NCBI GenBank assembly: GCA_001430755.1
Contig: CP013062.1
Coordinates: forward strand, 270,001-302,000
Reading direction: 5' to 3'
Length of the DNA: 32,000 nt
Origin: Candidatus Peribacter riflensis
GTDB taxonomy: Bacteria > Patescibacteriota > Gracilibacteria > Peribacterales > Peribacteraceae
The notes beneath the pieces were generated by a model. The model searched no databases. It saw only the letters and a program-made list of their open reading frames with translations, and had not been told where the DNA came from. The translations under genes and the position numbers were made by a program. Positions 31,098 to 32,000 of the stretch are shown here, piece after piece (position 1 is the stretch's first letter; each line of letters opens with the position of its first letter).

Positions 31098-32000
31098 TCA
31101 GGAAGGAAATAAAAGAGTGAACGTGGTGCCCTTGTTCTCCTGTGAGACAAAAGAGATCGTCCCGCCGATCAGACGTACGATGTTATAGACCATATACAAG
31201 CCGATGCCGGTGCCGGCTTCCACCGGGCTGGCAACATTCGATGCACGAAAGAATTTCTCCGGGATTCTCTTTTGCTCCTCCTGCGGAATACCGTAACCCG
31301 TATCCGCCACATCGATACGGATCGACTCTTTTTCTTTGGTAACACTCATGCGCACCTTCCCGCCTCTGGGCGTATACTTGAGGGCATTGCTGAGGAGGTT
31401 ATCCAGAATTTCGATGAGCAGCTGCTTATCCGTTCGTACCATGAGATCCTGCGGACACTGAAGGGCGAGTTCCAGCCCGTTCCTCTGCCGGTGGGCATCA
31501 TGCAGACGGGAGATCTTTTCCAGCTCCCTCTGCAAGACCACCTGTTCAAGTTCCGGTTCCATGCCGTCCTCTTCAAGATGGGAGATCATCAGCATGCGCC
31601 GGATGGTCGAGGCCATGTTCATGGACGTTTCGTGTGCGGTTTTCACCAGCTTCGCCTGATCTTCGGTGAGATTTTCCCGCTTCAGACTTGAGAGGACCCA
31701 TCGGATCGCCGTGAGAGGCGTCCTCAACTGATGGGATGCGATGGACATGAATTCCGATCTGGCTTTTTCGATTTCCTTTTCTTTGGTGATATCTCGAAAC
31801 ACCTTTACGGCGCCGATCAGATCTTTGCCGATGAAGATGGGCGCAACCGTTAGGGCAACCGGAAAAGACGTTCCATCTTTCCGCTTGTAGTACATCGTTG
31901 TGGTTGTGGTTGTGGTGGAACGATCCTTCAGGGTCTTGGTGATCAGGCGTTCCAATGCCGGAATGGTTTTGCCGGTCGAGTCCGACATCGGTATGACCTT
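31098..32000 (-). CDS. Sensor histidine kinase (PAS-like + HisKA + HATPase_c), N-terminus outside window
   Basis: The H-box is SEFMSIASHQLRTPLTAI, the N-box NLLSNALKYTP and the G-boxes DTGYGIP and GTGIGLYMV. The frame stays open upstream of the listed ATG to position 32000. Confidence 0.9.
   Translation of the reverse strand, partial: KVIPMSDSTGKTIPALERLITKTLKDRSTTTTTTTMYYKRKDGTSFPVALTVAPIFIGKDLIGAVKVFRDITKEKEIEKARSEFMSIASHQLRTPLTAIRWVLSSLKRENLTEDQAKLVKTAHETSMNMASTIRRMLMISHLEEDGMEPELEQVVLQRELEKISRLHDAHRQRNGLELALQCPQDLMVRTDKQLLIEILDNLLSNALKYTPRGGKVRMSVTKEKESIRIDVADTGYGIPQEEQKRIPEKFFRASNVASPVEAGTGIGLYMVYNIVRLIGGTISFVSQENKGTTFTLLFPS

Overview
High-GC (about 60%) compact bacterial window that uses the standard genetic code (TGA is a stop). 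It holds about 30 closely packed genes on both strands. No rRNA, tRNA, CRISPR array or transposase was recognised. Housekeeping genes: the 3' part of fusA, ribD, class II (B12-type) ribonucleotide reductase nrdJ, ychF, rpsB-tsf, glyQS, rpsU, gyrB and hisS. Envelope and accessory genes: a radical SAM/SPASM enzyme flanked by a YerC/TrpR-like regulator and a low-GC Cys-rich ORF; a secreted SLH-domain/sortase fusion; two paralogous small membrane-anchored Cys-loop proteins next to a membrane-anchored TraD/VirD4-like P-loop ATPase; a DsbB/BdbC-like protein; a PrsW-like intramembrane protease; an S41 C-terminal processing protease with SLH-like repeats; a C39-like lipoprotein; and a histidine kinase with two tandem receiver-only response regulators, plus a third orphan receiver. 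The most unusual signals lie outside the genes. (1) A candidate leader-peptide attenuator sits upstream of a small ORF and hisS: uORF MMHMMMHPLRGRRLA, competing GCGAGGG copies and an intrinsic terminator. (2) A family of TAGGG/CCCTA (partly telomere-like TTAGGG) modules marks gene boundaries. They are G-rich in the RNA after stop codons and C-rich in the RNA before start codons, and form long hairpins where both occur. (3) Most start codons are preceded by pyrimidine-rich CCUCC-like tracts instead of Shine-Dalgarno sequences, and canonical SDs appear only at a few accessory genes. (4) Tandem NrdR-box-like palindromes lie upstream of nrdJ. The gene content suggests an uncultivated, reduced-genome lineage, but this is inference only. 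All functional calls come from reading motifs in the translations; no database search was possible.
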